Source: a virus
Reading direction: 5' to 3' (one strand)
IMG/VR virus record: IMGVR_UViG_3300046328_000321
Location: 1-64,000 of that record
Length of the DNA stretch: 64,000 nucleotides
The notes under the pieces are model-generated. The model made no database searches and was not told where the DNA came from. It was given only the letters and a program-made list of their open reading frames with translations. Shown in pieces: positions 32,771-43,099 of this stretch (its first letter is position 1; every line of letters starts with the position of its first letter). The position numbers were made by a program, and so were the translations under genes.

Positions 32771-32915
32771 CTGATATAAATATACACACAGCTTATTAGA
32801 CTGTGTGTATTTTTTTGTTCCTGTTTGTAAACTATCTCAATCACTTATACTTTATTTGAACTATCGCTGTAGTTTAATCCATACATCTTTGGAACTATCA
32901 GCCAAGGAGATAGAC

Positions 32916-33335
32916 ATGACTGTGATTAAAAACCAGTATGGTACTTTTTATAGGAATGACGCAGATCAACTCCATCGTACCGATGGACCTGCTATCGAAT
33001 ACGCGAATGGTGATAAGCGTTGGCATCTGCACGGTCAGCTTCATCGTGAAGATGGACCTGCTGTGGAATATGTAGATGGTAGTAAATCATGGTTCGTTAA
33101 CGGTAAACGGCACCGGACCAATGGTCCTGCTGTGGAATCTGCAGATGGTTATAAAGCCTGGTTCGTCAATGGTCGACGACATCGTACTGACGGTCCTGCT
33201 GTGGAATGGGGAGATGGTAGTAAGTCATGGTGGGTCGACGATAAGCTCCATCGTGAAGATGGTCCTGCTGTGGAATATCCAGATGGTACTAAAGAATACT
33301 GGGTTAACGGTGTTAAACAAGATCCACCTGTTTAA
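32916..33335 (+). CDS. HRxDGPAxE repeat protein (copy 4)
   Basis: ATG at 32916 after AAGGAG in the type B module; repeats; QDPPV cap. Confidence 0.9.
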   Translation: MTVIKNQYGTFYRNDADQLHRTDGPAIEYANGDKRWHLHGQLHREDGPAVEYVDGSKSWFVNGKRHRTNGPAVESADGYKAWFVNGRRHRTDGPAVEWGDGSKSWWVDDKLHREDGPAVEYPDGTKEYWVNGVKQDPPV

Positions 33336-33477
33336 CTGATATAGATATATACACAGCCTGATAAGCTGTGTATATTTTTTTACCTTTTATAACATATTTC
33401 AGCTATACATACTTTAACTGGGTTATTACAGTTTAAACTGATGTATCTGTCAGTACTGTTAATTAAAGGAGATAAAG

Positions 33478-33984
33478 ATGACTATCGTTACTAATGAAAA
33501 GGGTGAACTTCATCGTGAAGATGGTCCTGCTGTAGAATATGCACATGGTTATAAAGTCTGGTATCTAAATGGTAAGTTCCATCGTGAAGATGGTCCCGCC
33601 ATCGAATATGCGAATGGTGATAAGCGTTGGTACATTGAAGATAAGCTCCATCGTGAAGATGGTCCTGCTGTAGAAGGTGCAGATGGTTATAAAGCATGGT
33701 GGGTCAATGGTCAACGACACAGGATGGACGGACCCGCTATCGAATATCCAGATGGTAGTAAAACTTGGTATCTGAACGATAAGGTCCATCGTACAGATGG
33801 TCCTGCTGTAGAAGGTGTAGATGGTACTAAAGAATGGTGGATCGATGATCAACTCCATCGTGAAGATGGTCCCGCCATCGAATATCCAGATGGTACTAAA
33901 GAATACTGGCTCCATGGTTATAAAGCCTGGTTTCTGAAAATATTAAACAAAATATTAACCAGGTATTCTTGTTTTAAATTTTAA
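33478..33984 (+). CDS. HRxDGPAxE repeat protein (copy 5, aberrant C-terminus)
   Basis: Repeats; lacks the QDPP cap and the shared terminator. Confidence 0.85.
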   Translation: MTIVTNEKGELHREDGPAVEYAHGYKVWYLNGKFHREDGPAIEYANGDKRWYIEDKLHREDGPAVEGADGYKAWWVNGQRHRMDGPAIEYPDGSKTWYLNDKVHRTDGPAVEGVDGTKEWWIDDQLHREDGPAIEYPDGTKEYWLHGYKAWFLKILNKILTRYSCFKF

Positions 33985-34046
33985 AACAAGAATTTTTTAC
34001 TTGGATTAACTTTAAGACAATTTAACTTTTATAAAGATAGTAAATC

Positions 34047-34952
34047 ATGAATATAAATGAAATTAATCCAAAACCTCTTATTCTTTTGACAAATGTTCAA
34101 GAGACAACCGTCAATACCGCTGTTAATAATGAGAAGAAATATGTCGCTAAATCGATTATTAACATGTTGGATAAACCAACATGTTGTATTGTATATAATC
34201 ATTTCAGTTTAGATGCCATGATGGCTGCTGCTGTTTATAAGACACAAACACCAGGTTCGGTTGTCTACAGTAGTATTAAACAAATACCCTCAGATATTGA
34301 TTTTTATATTGTTATTGGGATGCGTAAAGTTCAAAGTTTTTACAATCCCCTCAAACGTATTTTTAATTTTAATAATGCTAAATTAGACTACTCAGAAAAC
34401 ATAAAATGTTATTGGGTTGAAACAAAAGGACATGACTATATGTCAACACCTTCTTTATTTCATAAGGTCTGCGAAGAATTTGGTGTAGTTTCTGAAGTTA
34501 TTGATCAAATTAGTTATGCTGTTGGTCGGATTTATGAGAAGGATTTGACTTTGAGTCAATTAGTTCTGGTTTATGTGAATATGATGTTAGCACAAGCTGC
34601 TATCGTCGACACACGGCGTAACTATAAACCTCGCGATATTCTCAATGACGATAATACAATTCGAGGAACTGATATAGAAAACTTTCGTGCTTATGTGAAA
34701 GCAATTCAACACAAAGTCAACGGAAGCATCAACCTGAAATATTTTACAATCGGTAATAAAACGTATAAAACCATATTGACAAACATTACAGATGATTACT
34801 TTTGGTCCATGCGTTTGATTCGTATTGCTCACGAATATGTTGTGAATCTTGCAATAACACCTCGGGGTTATTTAATTGATAGTAACATTTCAGATGAAGA
34901 TTGTAAAAGCATTGAAGTTCAAATTGATTTTATAAAAGCTGAAACATTTTAA
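34047..34952 (+). CDS. Hypothetical protein, possible degenerate DHH-fold
   Basis: IVYNHFSLDAMMAAAV resembles DHH motif I; no DHH or GGGH motif. Confidence 0.5.
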   Translation: MNINEINPKPLILLTNVQETTVNTAVNNEKKYVAKSIINMLDKPTCCIVYNHFSLDAMMAAAVYKTQTPGSVVYSSIKQIPSDIDFYIVIGMRKVQSFYNPLKRIFNFNNAKLDYSENIKCYWVETKGHDYMSTPSLFHKVCEEFGVVSEVIDQISYAVGRIYEKDLTLSQLVLVYVNMMLAQAAIVDTRRNYKPRDILNDDNTIRGTDIENFRAYVKAIQHKVNGSINLKYFTIGNKTYKTILTNITDDYFWSMRLIRIAHEYVVNLAITPRGYLIDSNISDEDCKSIEVQIDFIKAETF

Positions 34953-35000
34953 TATAAAACATAATTCTACCTGACCTTATGGGTCAGGTAGAAGTTTGTT

Positions 35001-37133
35001 TTATATTTTTTTGTATTTTTTACTGTCTCGAATATTCTGTATCAGTTCATCAACAGACAATACCTTTTTATCTGCGTCTGTCAGATTAACGGCCAGATGT
35101 CTAAGTTTTTGTTCTAATCGATGTATCACATAAGGATCTTTTTCCATACGAATTTGATCAACTGTATTTTCAATCGTCAAACGTAATTGAGATTGCTGTT
35201 GCTGCTGTCTTATTTTAACAGGATCATTATCTTGATTATTTTGTTTGTTAGAAGACAAAATATCTCTGACATTAATACCATAATAAGAAAGACCCGTACC
35301 TTTGGTTATAAACCAGAATGACAGCAACCAAGTAATCACCAGGTCATCATGTCCTCCTTCAGCATGGTCGACTCTACCATTTCTAATAACTAAAGATAAT
35401 ATCTGATCAATTATCTTAACATCATATACACTATCTGATGTTAATCTAACAGCATTCTGTAAAGTGTTACTATAAAGATCTGTGCGACTGGTCAGTCCAG
35501 TACCAGAAGTAGTAAAACCAAAGTGTTTTTTATACTCTACAAGAAGATCAGGTAAAGCCAATAAATTATACCTAAGTAATTTCTCTATACGAGTTAAGTC
35601 CGTAGGGTCTTCTACAGATTTTTGTACGACTGTATTATAAAGTCTTTTAAATGGATTAATACCTTTAGTGGGTAACATCAATAATAAATAATCAATAATG
35701 GCTGATCCTGAAGATCTTCTTTCAATGATGCAGGTAAAGTTTTCATATTTGACAAACCATTCTACCAACCACTGAGCAAACATAATTAAATTGGTTTCGT
35801 TGTAGTTACCAGCAGCTATGACTTCCCCAGTTTGTATATCTCGCATTGTCAGTCCGATATCATCCCCACCGACAGCATCACTGGTATCTATAGCCATACT
35901 GTAATGCCCTCTTACCATTCTAGAGGAAATTTCATTCTCAGATATATACCATCTGGTTATGTAACCAAATTGCTGAGACATTTCAGCATAATGGTCTAAT
36001 CTTTCAGATTTACGTATTCTCTCAGATTGTTCCACTGATAATGGGGAAGTCAAACTACCGGATGTCCAAATATTAAAAAAATCACGATCCGCGTCCTCTC
36101 CTTTAGCACCGGTGATTTCTAATGTTTCTTTTAACCACTGATCGGTATAACCCAACTGTCTATGGTTAAACGTGCAGTTTACACGAGCCTCTCCTTTTGG
36201 AGAATTTCGTCGGATTATTTTATATAGATCATTTATATCTACAGCGTCTAATAGTTTTTCATTCCAAACAGCTGAACCTTGTACTAATTCGTGAGTAAAC
36301 TTACCGTCAGGGTCGTCTTTTTTACCTGACGTTGTGGTAAAAATATTACCATACGGCTCATTCTTTCTTTTAGCTAATGAACGTGCTGCTGTTGTGGATG
36401 CCAGTGCTGCTGGTAAGGTAATACTAATATTAGGTAAGAATGCTATTTCATCAACTTTAAATACAGGCGATGTCAAACCCCGTCCTACATTTAAAGCCAT
36501 TTTCATAGATTTATTCGGGAGGTGACCTTCGTAAGCATTATTCAGATTACCTACGACTAACTTCTCTGTATTGGATACATCCCCTCTTTTTCTTTGATTT
36601 AAATAAAAAGGTAACTCATCAATAATATCTTTTAACCGTATTAAGTTAGCAGATCGGAGTTTATCGTCTTTGGTTAACAAGTTAATCTTACCAAAAGTCA
36701 TGCCTATATTTAATAAATAGGTATCTAATACATCGGAAGAAAAAGATTTACCTGTTTGACGTGGTTGTATGAGAAACAGAGTTACATGATTAAAAAATAA
36801 CCATGGTAAAGCAATACCACCGCGATTAGCGCGATATGATATTGGATCTGAAATGGAACCTCCAGGTACTCTTACAATTTCTCGAAGATAGTACCAATAG
36901 TTAATTTTACATTCAAAAACTATAGCCGCCATGCGTTCCACAGTTAGATTAGCAAAGTCGTATGGATCGACTCCCTGTAATTCTGGGTTATGTAATGCTA
37001 AAACAAAAGCATGGTTCTTTATACCCATGTCTCTGTATAAAGCAGCCATTCTTAAAAATGAAACATTCTTAGTTTTATGATCGACTATCGCATCGGGATA
37101 GTTCTTCCAATCATCAGCAAACAGTATAGTCAT
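35001..37133 (-). CDS. Terminase large subunit (phiKZ gp25-like)
   Basis: Walker A PRQTGKS, Walker B FKVDE, nuclease motifs AIDTSD and GHDD. Confidence 0.9.
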   Translation of the reverse strand: MTILFADDWKNYPDAIVDHKTKNVSFLRMAALYRDMGIKNHAFVLALHNPELQGVDPYDFANLTVERMAAIVFECKINYWYYLREIVRVPGGSISDPISYRANRGGIALPWLFFNHVTLFLIQPRQTGKSFSSDVLDTYLLNIGMTFGKINLLTKDDKLRSANLIRLKDIIDELPFYLNQRKRGDVSNTEKLVVGNLNNAYEGHLPNKSMKMALNVGRGLTSPVFKVDEIAFLPNISITLPAALASTTAARSLAKRKNEPYGNIFTTTSGKKDDPDGKFTHELVQGSAVWNEKLLDAVDINDLYKIIRRNSPKGEARVNCTFNHRQLGYTDQWLKETLEITGAKGEDADRDFFNIWTSGSLTSPLSVEQSERIRKSERLDHYAEMSQQFGYITRWYISENEISSRMVRGHYSMAIDTSDAVGGDDIGLTMRDIQTGEVIAAGNYNETNLIMFAQWLVEWFVKYENFTCIIERRSSGSAIIDYLLLMLPTKGINPFKRLYNTVVQKSVEDPTDLTRIEKLLRYNLLALPDLLVEYKKHFGFTTSGTGLTSRTDLYSNTLQNAVRLTSDSVYDVKIIDQILSLVIRNGRVDHAEGGHDDLVITWLLSFWFITKGTGLSYYGINVRDILSSNKQNNQDNDPVKIRQQQQQSQLRLTIENTVDQIRMEKDPYVIHRLEQKLRHLAVNLTDADKKVLSVDELIQNIRDSKKYKKI

Positions 37134-37238
37134 GTTAAATTACCTCAAAACATAGTATGTAAAATCTGGGTAAAAAGACATCTACCAGCCCTTGTGAGGC
37201 TGGTAGATGTACTATAAATAAAGACCTTTTACATATCT

Positions 37239-37682
37239 TTATTTTTGTTTTTCGATAAGGTTCTTAAAAAACTCTATGTACTGAGATAAAAGTTCCCTAT
37301 CAAGGTCATCTTCAAATTTTCCTACTAAAGAATCGTATTTAAATACTATTTTCAAATTATTGTGTTGACGTATAAATTCAGGCATAGTTTCATCAACCTG
37401 CATGCGGATTGAATAAGCTACATATTGCACTTCATCTATACGACCGAATCTTTTGACATAATCAGTAAATACTTCTCTGTAAAAGAAAAATTCAACGCTC
37501 TGACCACCTACAGTTGTAAATTCAGATTTTTTGAATTCTGGCTGTAATGGTATTCTCTCTGTGGTGTAAAAGCGAATGCCTTTAAACATCACATAGAGTT
37601 TTATTATTAGTCTTTTGAACATTTGATCCTCTCTAGATAACCATAGGATCAAGAATTTCGACCTATCAAAGCTCTCAGACAA
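37239..37682 (-). CDS. Hypothetical protein
   Basis: ORF; start probably 37622. Confidence 0.5.
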   Translation of the reverse strand: MSESFDRSKFLILWLSREDQMFKRLIIKLYVMFKGIRFYTTERIPLQPEFKKSEFTTVGGQSVEFFFYREVFTDYVKRFGRIDEVQYVAYSIRMQVDETMPEFIRQHNNLKIVFKYDSLVGKFEDDLDRELLSQYIEFFKNLIEKQK

Positions 37683-38866
37683 ATATAAAGTATCAAAGAA
37701 GTTCTAGTAGCCATCAGTAAACTTTCAGAGAACTTACTTTTAGTGGAAAGTTTAACTATCTTACTACCCATGTCTCGTATCTTTATTAATTCTGGATCTG
37801 TGGATCGAGTAGATAAATAAAGATTTTTTAAATTAGTTAACACCATTGGGTAATCTCGCATATTACCAATAGAGTTCTGATGTAATAAATGATAACTATA
37901 AATAACTACTCTTTGTACGAACTCTTGCATCAAAACAGCATTTTCATTAATGCTGCCTTCATGCACTAGTTGTAAAACGATGTTAAGCATCTTATTAGAA
38001 CTATTTTTGTTGATACTGGCTATAACCTGTACCAACTCCTGCTTTATAAAACTGTTACGATCACTTAATATCTGTAGCATGTATTGAACATCAGTTTCTA
38101 CAGACTTTGTTTTATCTTTTAAAGTCTCTTCACCGTCTGCATCATAGAAAGTACCTCCGGTAGTATTTATTCTACCACCTGACTCTCTAACCAACATAAA
38201 CTCAGCATAATAATTCTTGATCATATCTCTGATACGACCTTGACTATCGGACACTGCATAAGTAACAGTAGAATCATCGGCAAATTTATGGAGATTATTA
38301 AGATGTATACTGTTTTTACCCGTCAGTTCATCAGAACGATAATCCACCACAGCGTGCCAACTACCAAGTTTCTTTATAAGATATTTGTTACTCAGATTAG
38401 CATATGTCATCTGAGCCACATGTGGATCGGCAGGATATTTGAAATAATGACTGAATAAAGCAGCTAAACATCTACAGAAGAAAATAACAGCCACGTCATA
38501 AGTAGCTCTCTTTTTCTTAGCCTCATTTATTAGATTACTTCTTAAAAACCCATGTATGAGATACATGCATGTCAGATTCATAATGTCACTACCGACTTTA
38601 TGACTGTGATCGATGGTATCGACAGATCTTATATCTTGAGTCAACTCAGCCAGACTTACGTCAAGCGCATCTTCATAAAATCTCTTCAGATCACTGTCTT
38701 TAAATCTAACGACATGTACACCTAACAAATTCCCACCAAAAAACTGTAAGTGTTCAGAATTTTGGTTGATGTATCCGATTTGAAACTTATACAGCTTATC
38801 AGCTAACTTAGCATCAAACTTCACATGTGCAAAATTCTTCTGAAAAGCTTCATATAAGTTTTTCAT
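37649..38866 (-). CDS. Conserved phiKZ-like virion protein
   Basis: 405 aa; FFGGNLLGVHVVRF and YLIKKLGSW segments recalled from phiKZ-like core proteins. Confidence 0.6.
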   Translation of the reverse strand: MKNLYEAFQKNFAHVKFDAKLADKLYKFQIGYINQNSEHLQFFGGNLLGVHVVRFKDSDLKRFYEDALDVSLAELTQDIRSVDTIDHSHKVGSDIMNLTCMYLIHGFLRSNLINEAKKKRATYDVAVIFFCRCLAALFSHYFKYPADPHVAQMTYANLSNKYLIKKLGSWHAVVDYRSDELTGKNSIHLNNLHKFADDSTVTYAVSDSQGRIRDMIKNYYAEFMLVRESGGRINTTGGTFYDADGEETLKDKTKSVETDVQYMLQILSDRNSFIKQELVQVIASINKNSSNKMLNIVLQLVHEGSINENAVLMQEFVQRVVIYSYHLLHQNSIGNMRDYPMVLTNLKNLYLSTRSTDPELIKIRDMGSKIVKLSTKSKFSESLLMATRTSLILYICLRALIGRNS

Positions 38867-39393
38867 TTCAAATAACCTTTCATACTCTCTATGGCAGCTT
38901 TTCTGTTAAATACTACGTCAATACCCATACTGGTAGCCATGTCGTGTAGTAAAGCTACCTTACGAGTAGGGGTCACACATTCTACAGCCAAGATGACTTT
39001 TTTGTATTTTTTACTGTCAAGAGCAAGACGAAGTTTATCACTCGCCTGTACCATCTCCTGACCATCCATTTTGCTTCCATCAGTCGTGTAGACGTAAAGA
39101 TCTTTCTCATCGGCAGTTCCTGCTTGCTCATCCATTAATTCCATATCTTCAGGGTTCAACATATTCATGACTGATTCTTTACCGTAAGCTAGATTTAAAG
39201 CTTCACTGTAAATCTTACTCAAAGGACCCGTCATCACAACATTCTTACCTTTATTACCAGCAGCGTTGTCGGTAGCAGCAGGGGTAGCAGGTTCAGTACC
39301 TATTTTTACATCCGGTACTGGGTCAGTAGGATTCTTAACTGCCTTACTGACATTCTCAGTTGTAGATATGTTACTTATGTTAAAGATACCCAT
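38863..39393 (-). CDS. Putative head/virion protein
   Basis: Likely start MGIFNI at 39393 after GGAG; GPLSKIYSEALN segment. Confidence 0.55.
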   Translation of the reverse strand: MGIFNISNISTTENVSKAVKNPTDPVPDVKIGTEPATPAATDNAAGNKGKNVVMTGPLSKIYSEALNLAYGKESVMNMLNPEDMELMDEQAGTADEKDLYVYTTDGSKMDGQEMVQASDKLRLALDSKKYKKVILAVECVTPTRKVALLHDMATSMGIDVVFNRKAAIESMKGYLK

Positions 39394-39962
39394 GCTAGTA
39401 CTCCATAGTGTAGAAAGGAAAAAGTTACACACTGTGTGTAAACAGTTATCATAGCATAAATCGTTAGATCTTCTAAAAAATAAAAAAAAATATTTAAGGA
39501 TATAACTATGGGGGTCATATTTATAGGACATGCTATAAGGGGCTCCGCCCCTTATAGTAGCTGTTCCTTATTGAGATGCTCCTCTTCTAGGCTATATTAG
39601 CTTCATCGTTCCGTTACACTACACTTACGTCGACTTATGACTGCGACATAATATATATCTGAGTATAAATAAAAAATAATGAGTGTGTAAAAATAAAGGA
39701 CTCATGAGAATGTCTATAACAGTTATATCTTTATAATTGATGTAACTTCACTACTGTCTTATAAACATTTATTAAAATATAAGTTTATAAGTATAAACTA
39801 TCTATAGTAACAAATGTAGCATCCACCTTTCTATAGAGATTTTTTTTTTCGATTTTTTAGAAAAAAGGACTTTCTAGATAAGTTCAGTAACTTAAACTTT
39901 ACGTGAGACAATCCCAATCTTATACTGGGTAAGACACTCAGCAACATTCTGAAAGGAAACTG

Positions 39963-40457
39963 ATGAAAAAGCTGATCGCAATATTTGTTATATTACTCAC
40001 ACTCTTTCCCATGAAAGCAAGCGGTGATATAACAGAATACCTAAACGATCGCTGTGGTAAAAAATGTTTTCATGTTAACACCATGATTAATGAAGCTGTG
40101 CAAATAGCTTCGGAATCACATAAGGTTAATCCCGATGTGATAATCGCAGTGATGCAGGTAGAATCTAAATTTAATCCTAAAGCTGAAAACATGAGCAGCA
40201 AAGGACTGATGCAGGTGAACCTGAGGTATCATCGAAAAAAGTTCTCAGGAACTAATCCGTTTAACATATACGCTAACGTGTATGTAGGAACATCCATACT
40301 GAAAGAATGTATGGATAGAAGAGGGAATAACCTCACCAGAGCACTTAAATGCTATAATGGTGGTGGTGATCCCGGTTATGTGAAAAAAGTGATGACGGCT
40401 TTAAATAACGTCAGATCTCAAAAACTTATTGTAACACAAGGAAATCAAAATGGCTAA
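39963..40457 (+). CDS. Lytic transglycosylase (SLT family) with N-terminal signal peptide
   Basis: MKK + hydrophobic stretch; VESKFNPKA, GLMQV and YNGG motifs. Confidence 0.88.
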   Translation: MKKLIAIFVILLTLFPMKASGDITEYLNDRCGKKCFHVNTMINEAVQIASESHKVNPDVIIAVMQVESKFNPKAENMSSKGLMQVNLRYHRKKFSGTNPFNIYANVYVGTSILKECMDRRGNNLTRALKCYNGGGDPGYVKKVMTALNNVRSQKLIVTQGNQNG

Positions 40458-41427
40458 GCAAAACACAATCGCAGTTTACGGTGCCGGTGGCTTTGGTATC
40501 AATATCGCAAGTCAATTTACTCGATTTGTTGGTAAGACAGATCCTGGTTTCGCTAAGATCATGCCTTACTTTATTGATACTAGCAAATCTAATTTGTTGG
40601 AAAGTGTTCCGCCTAACACATATTTGGTAGAAGGACTTGATGGTTCAGGTAAATTGCGTAATAGTAATTACGGTATAATTTCTGAAAAGAGTAAAGAAAT
40701 CTTGCATCAATTCCGTCCTGGTGATGTGAATGTAGTCGTACATTCAGGAGGTGGAGGATCAGGATCAGTGATTGGTCCAGTTCTTGTCAGCGAGTTGTTG
40801 GCTCGTGGTGAAACTGTTATTGTGTTGATCGGTGGTTCTACTTCATCTCGCATTGAAACAGAGAATACTAAAAAGACTTTGCAATCTTACGAAGTGATCT
40901 CACAAAGACGTGACAAACCTGTCATTTGTTTCTATCGTGAAAATACCAAAGATACTCCTCGTGGCGTTGTAGATAATCAGATGCAAGTAGCAGTTGTTGT
41001 GTTGGCAGCTATTTTCTCTGGTGCTAATCGGGAATTGGAATCTGCTGACTTGAGTAATTGGATCAACTATAATAAAGTGACAAGTTATTCTCCTAAACTT
41101 AATCTTCTAGAATTCCATTCTGGTGATGTGAAATTGGGTAAGGGTCAATCTCTGATCTCTTTGGCTACTTTGACAGATGACAATCACATCTCTGACATCG
41201 ACACACCTGTCGAATATCAGTGTGTAGGATACGTTGGCGAACAAGCTCAGAAAGCTATTTCCATGGAGATGCCTATTCATGCTTGTATTGTCGGCGGTGT
41301 CTTCAATGAAACGGTTAATCGTCTTGAAGAAAAAATTGCTGTGTTTGACGAAATTCGTGCTGTGGTGGTAGAGAAATCTATTATCAAATCCAACACTGTG
41401 TCTACCGATGATGGTTTGATCTTCTAA
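40450..41427 (+). CDS. phuZ: Phage tubulin PhuZ
   Basis: GAGGFGINI, IDTS and GGGSGS tubulin signatures; acidic C-terminal DDGLIF tail; 325 aa. Confidence 0.92.
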   Translation: MAKQNTIAVYGAGGFGINIASQFTRFVGKTDPGFAKIMPYFIDTSKSNLLESVPPNTYLVEGLDGSGKLRNSNYGIISEKSKEILHQFRPGDVNVVVHSGGGGSGSVIGPVLVSELLARGETVIVLIGGSTSSRIETENTKKTLQSYEVISQRRDKPVICFYRENTKDTPRGVVDNQMQVAVVVLAAIFSGANRELESADLSNWINYNKVTSYSPKLNLLEFHSGDVKLGKGQSLISLATLTDDNHISDIDTPVEYQCVGYVGEQAQKAISMEMPIHACIVGGVFNETVNRLEEKIAVFDEIRAVVVEKSIIKSNTVSTDDGLIF

Positions 41428-41559
41428 TTAAAAATACACTCTGGCCTGTAATAGCCAGAGTGTATTTTTTTTTTAGTTACATTAAGGCCTTTAAAAAGTA
41501 CTGTGATAATACATACTTTGATTGATAATACCTGATTCATCAATCCAAAGGAAAGTAAC

Positions 41560-41931
41560 ATGACCAATAGCATTTTAACGGTTTATACCACTTATGTGGT
41601 ATCAATTGCTACCATGCGAATCAGATTCACACAAGATCTACCAGTACTGATTCTTACTTATTTGTTAAAATCTGATGAATATGAGCATTTGTTTGACTGG
41701 TTAATACAGCGCGCATATCTAGATTTGTTACACGATAACAAGTTTGGATTACAACAACATTACCAACACGATGTATTCGAAATGATTTACGACAATCATT
41801 ATAAATACGTTTTACCTACTTACATAGCAGATCGTCTCAGAGACATACATGTACTCCACCCAAGTCATGAAAAGACAATACATAAATTAATGGTTTGTGG
41901 TGATATAGTTTTTATTTCAAAAGGAAAGTAA
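41560..41931 (+). CDS. Hypothetical protein
   Basis: ORF with RBS downstream of the phuZ terminator. Confidence 0.6.
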   Translation: MTNSILTVYTTYVVSIATMRIRFTQDLPVLILTYLLKSDEYEHLFDWLIQRAYLDLLHDNKFGLQQHYQHDVFEMIYDNHYKYVLPTYIADRLRDIHVLHPSHEKTIHKLMVCGDIVFISKGK

Positions 41932-41934
41932 TCC

Positions 41935-42639
41935 ATGTATGATTATAAAAACCCAAGAGAACTATTGACCAAGGTCAGTGGTGTGATGGTAATCGATTTA
42001 GTTGACAAAATCCCATTATTAGAAGACTTTGTTCAAACCATCAAACCCTTGGAAGAAGGTATCTATGATGCAATAAGCAACAAACTGATTTTCTCTCCAA
42101 GTAAATACAGTTATGAAGATGTTGATTCTAAAGGTATCAGTAGATCTTTAAAGACATTAAAAGATTTTCAACAAGCCAAAGGTGTCATCCTTTCAAAGAA
42201 TTTCACTCAAAAGCCTGATAAAAAATCTTTAATCATCAGGAAAAATTTAACAAATAAACCGTTTACGGACACACGTCTTATCTCAGTAATTGAAAAAGTG
42301 ATTGACGATCATTTTTATAGACTTTGTCCTTATACGAAAACAACTTATAACAGTTTTAATATTGAAAATCTGATTCTGGATAAATATTCAGAAGATGAAA
42401 AAATATCTATCGCCGATGAAGTTCAATTTACATTGGCATCTGTTATGGAGCAAATTAATGAATTCATTGGACTCGACACTTGGCATTTCTATTTTACACA
42501 AAGACGTGGTAATGCTTTAGTCATCTCTAAAACAGTCGATTATCGTATTTATGATTGGTACAGAATGAAATGGGAAGCTGAAGGTAAAAGTATAGATGAA
42601 GAGGCAGAAGCTGATATCTTCAGTGTTTTGGCAGGATAA
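41935..42639 (+). CDS. Conserved phiKZ-like hypothetical protein
   Basis: 234 aa; C-terminal DYRIYDW. Confidence 0.6.
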   Translation: MYDYKNPRELLTKVSGVMVIDLVDKIPLLEDFVQTIKPLEEGIYDAISNKLIFSPSKYSYEDVDSKGISRSLKTLKDFQQAKGVILSKNFTQKPDKKSLIIRKNLTNKPFTDTRLISVIEKVIDDHFYRLCPYTKTTYNSFNIENLILDKYSEDEKISIADEVQFTLASVMEQINEFIGLDTWHFYFTQRRGNALVISKTVDYRIYDWYRMKWEAEGKSIDEEAEADIFSVLAG

Positions 42640-42640
42640 T

Positions 42641-43099
42641 ATGAATCAAATACTCTATACTGTAGATATGAGATCGGTGATAGAGTATTACAGAACAGTT
42701 AAAGAACTTCAAAAGGCGTACTCAGTGGTTACACTGAGTACGCTTATGGTTTTTATTTTAACTGTACCTGGTAATATGGATGATGAAGAATATTTTTGGC
42801 AAGTCATAGAACCCTATATTGTAGGAAGACCTGATGTATTTACAGATGAATTTATAATCGACGAACTGCAATTTTGGCTCGATGATTTAAAATTCTCTAT
42901 AGATCAGGAAGTTATTCGACAAACACCATATGGAGTAGACCCAGGTGAATCTTATTTCGTTCAATGGGTGGACCATACTACAGTTTTATTGAGATCTGTC
43001 ATATGTCTCCCGAATCAAAACTTAAACTTTATGTCTCGGACCTTAGCATCTCCGTTGACAATCTCGACTTACAATCATACACAGATGAATCTGATATGA
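42641..43099 (+). CDS. Hypothetical protein
   Basis: Likely start MNQILY after AGGA. Confidence 0.55.
   Translation: MNQILYTVDMRSVIEYYRTVKELQKAYSVVTLSTLMVFILTVPGNMDDEEYFWQVIEPYIVGRPDVFTDEFIIDELQFWLDDLKFSIDQEVIRQTPYGVDPGESYFVQWVDHTTVLLRSVICLPNQNLNFMSRTLASPLTISTYNHTQMNLI

Noticed and set aside
39394-39531. N-terminal extension of the 38863 ORF to 39531
   Set aside because: Low-complexity A/T-run translation; a better start with an RBS is at 39393
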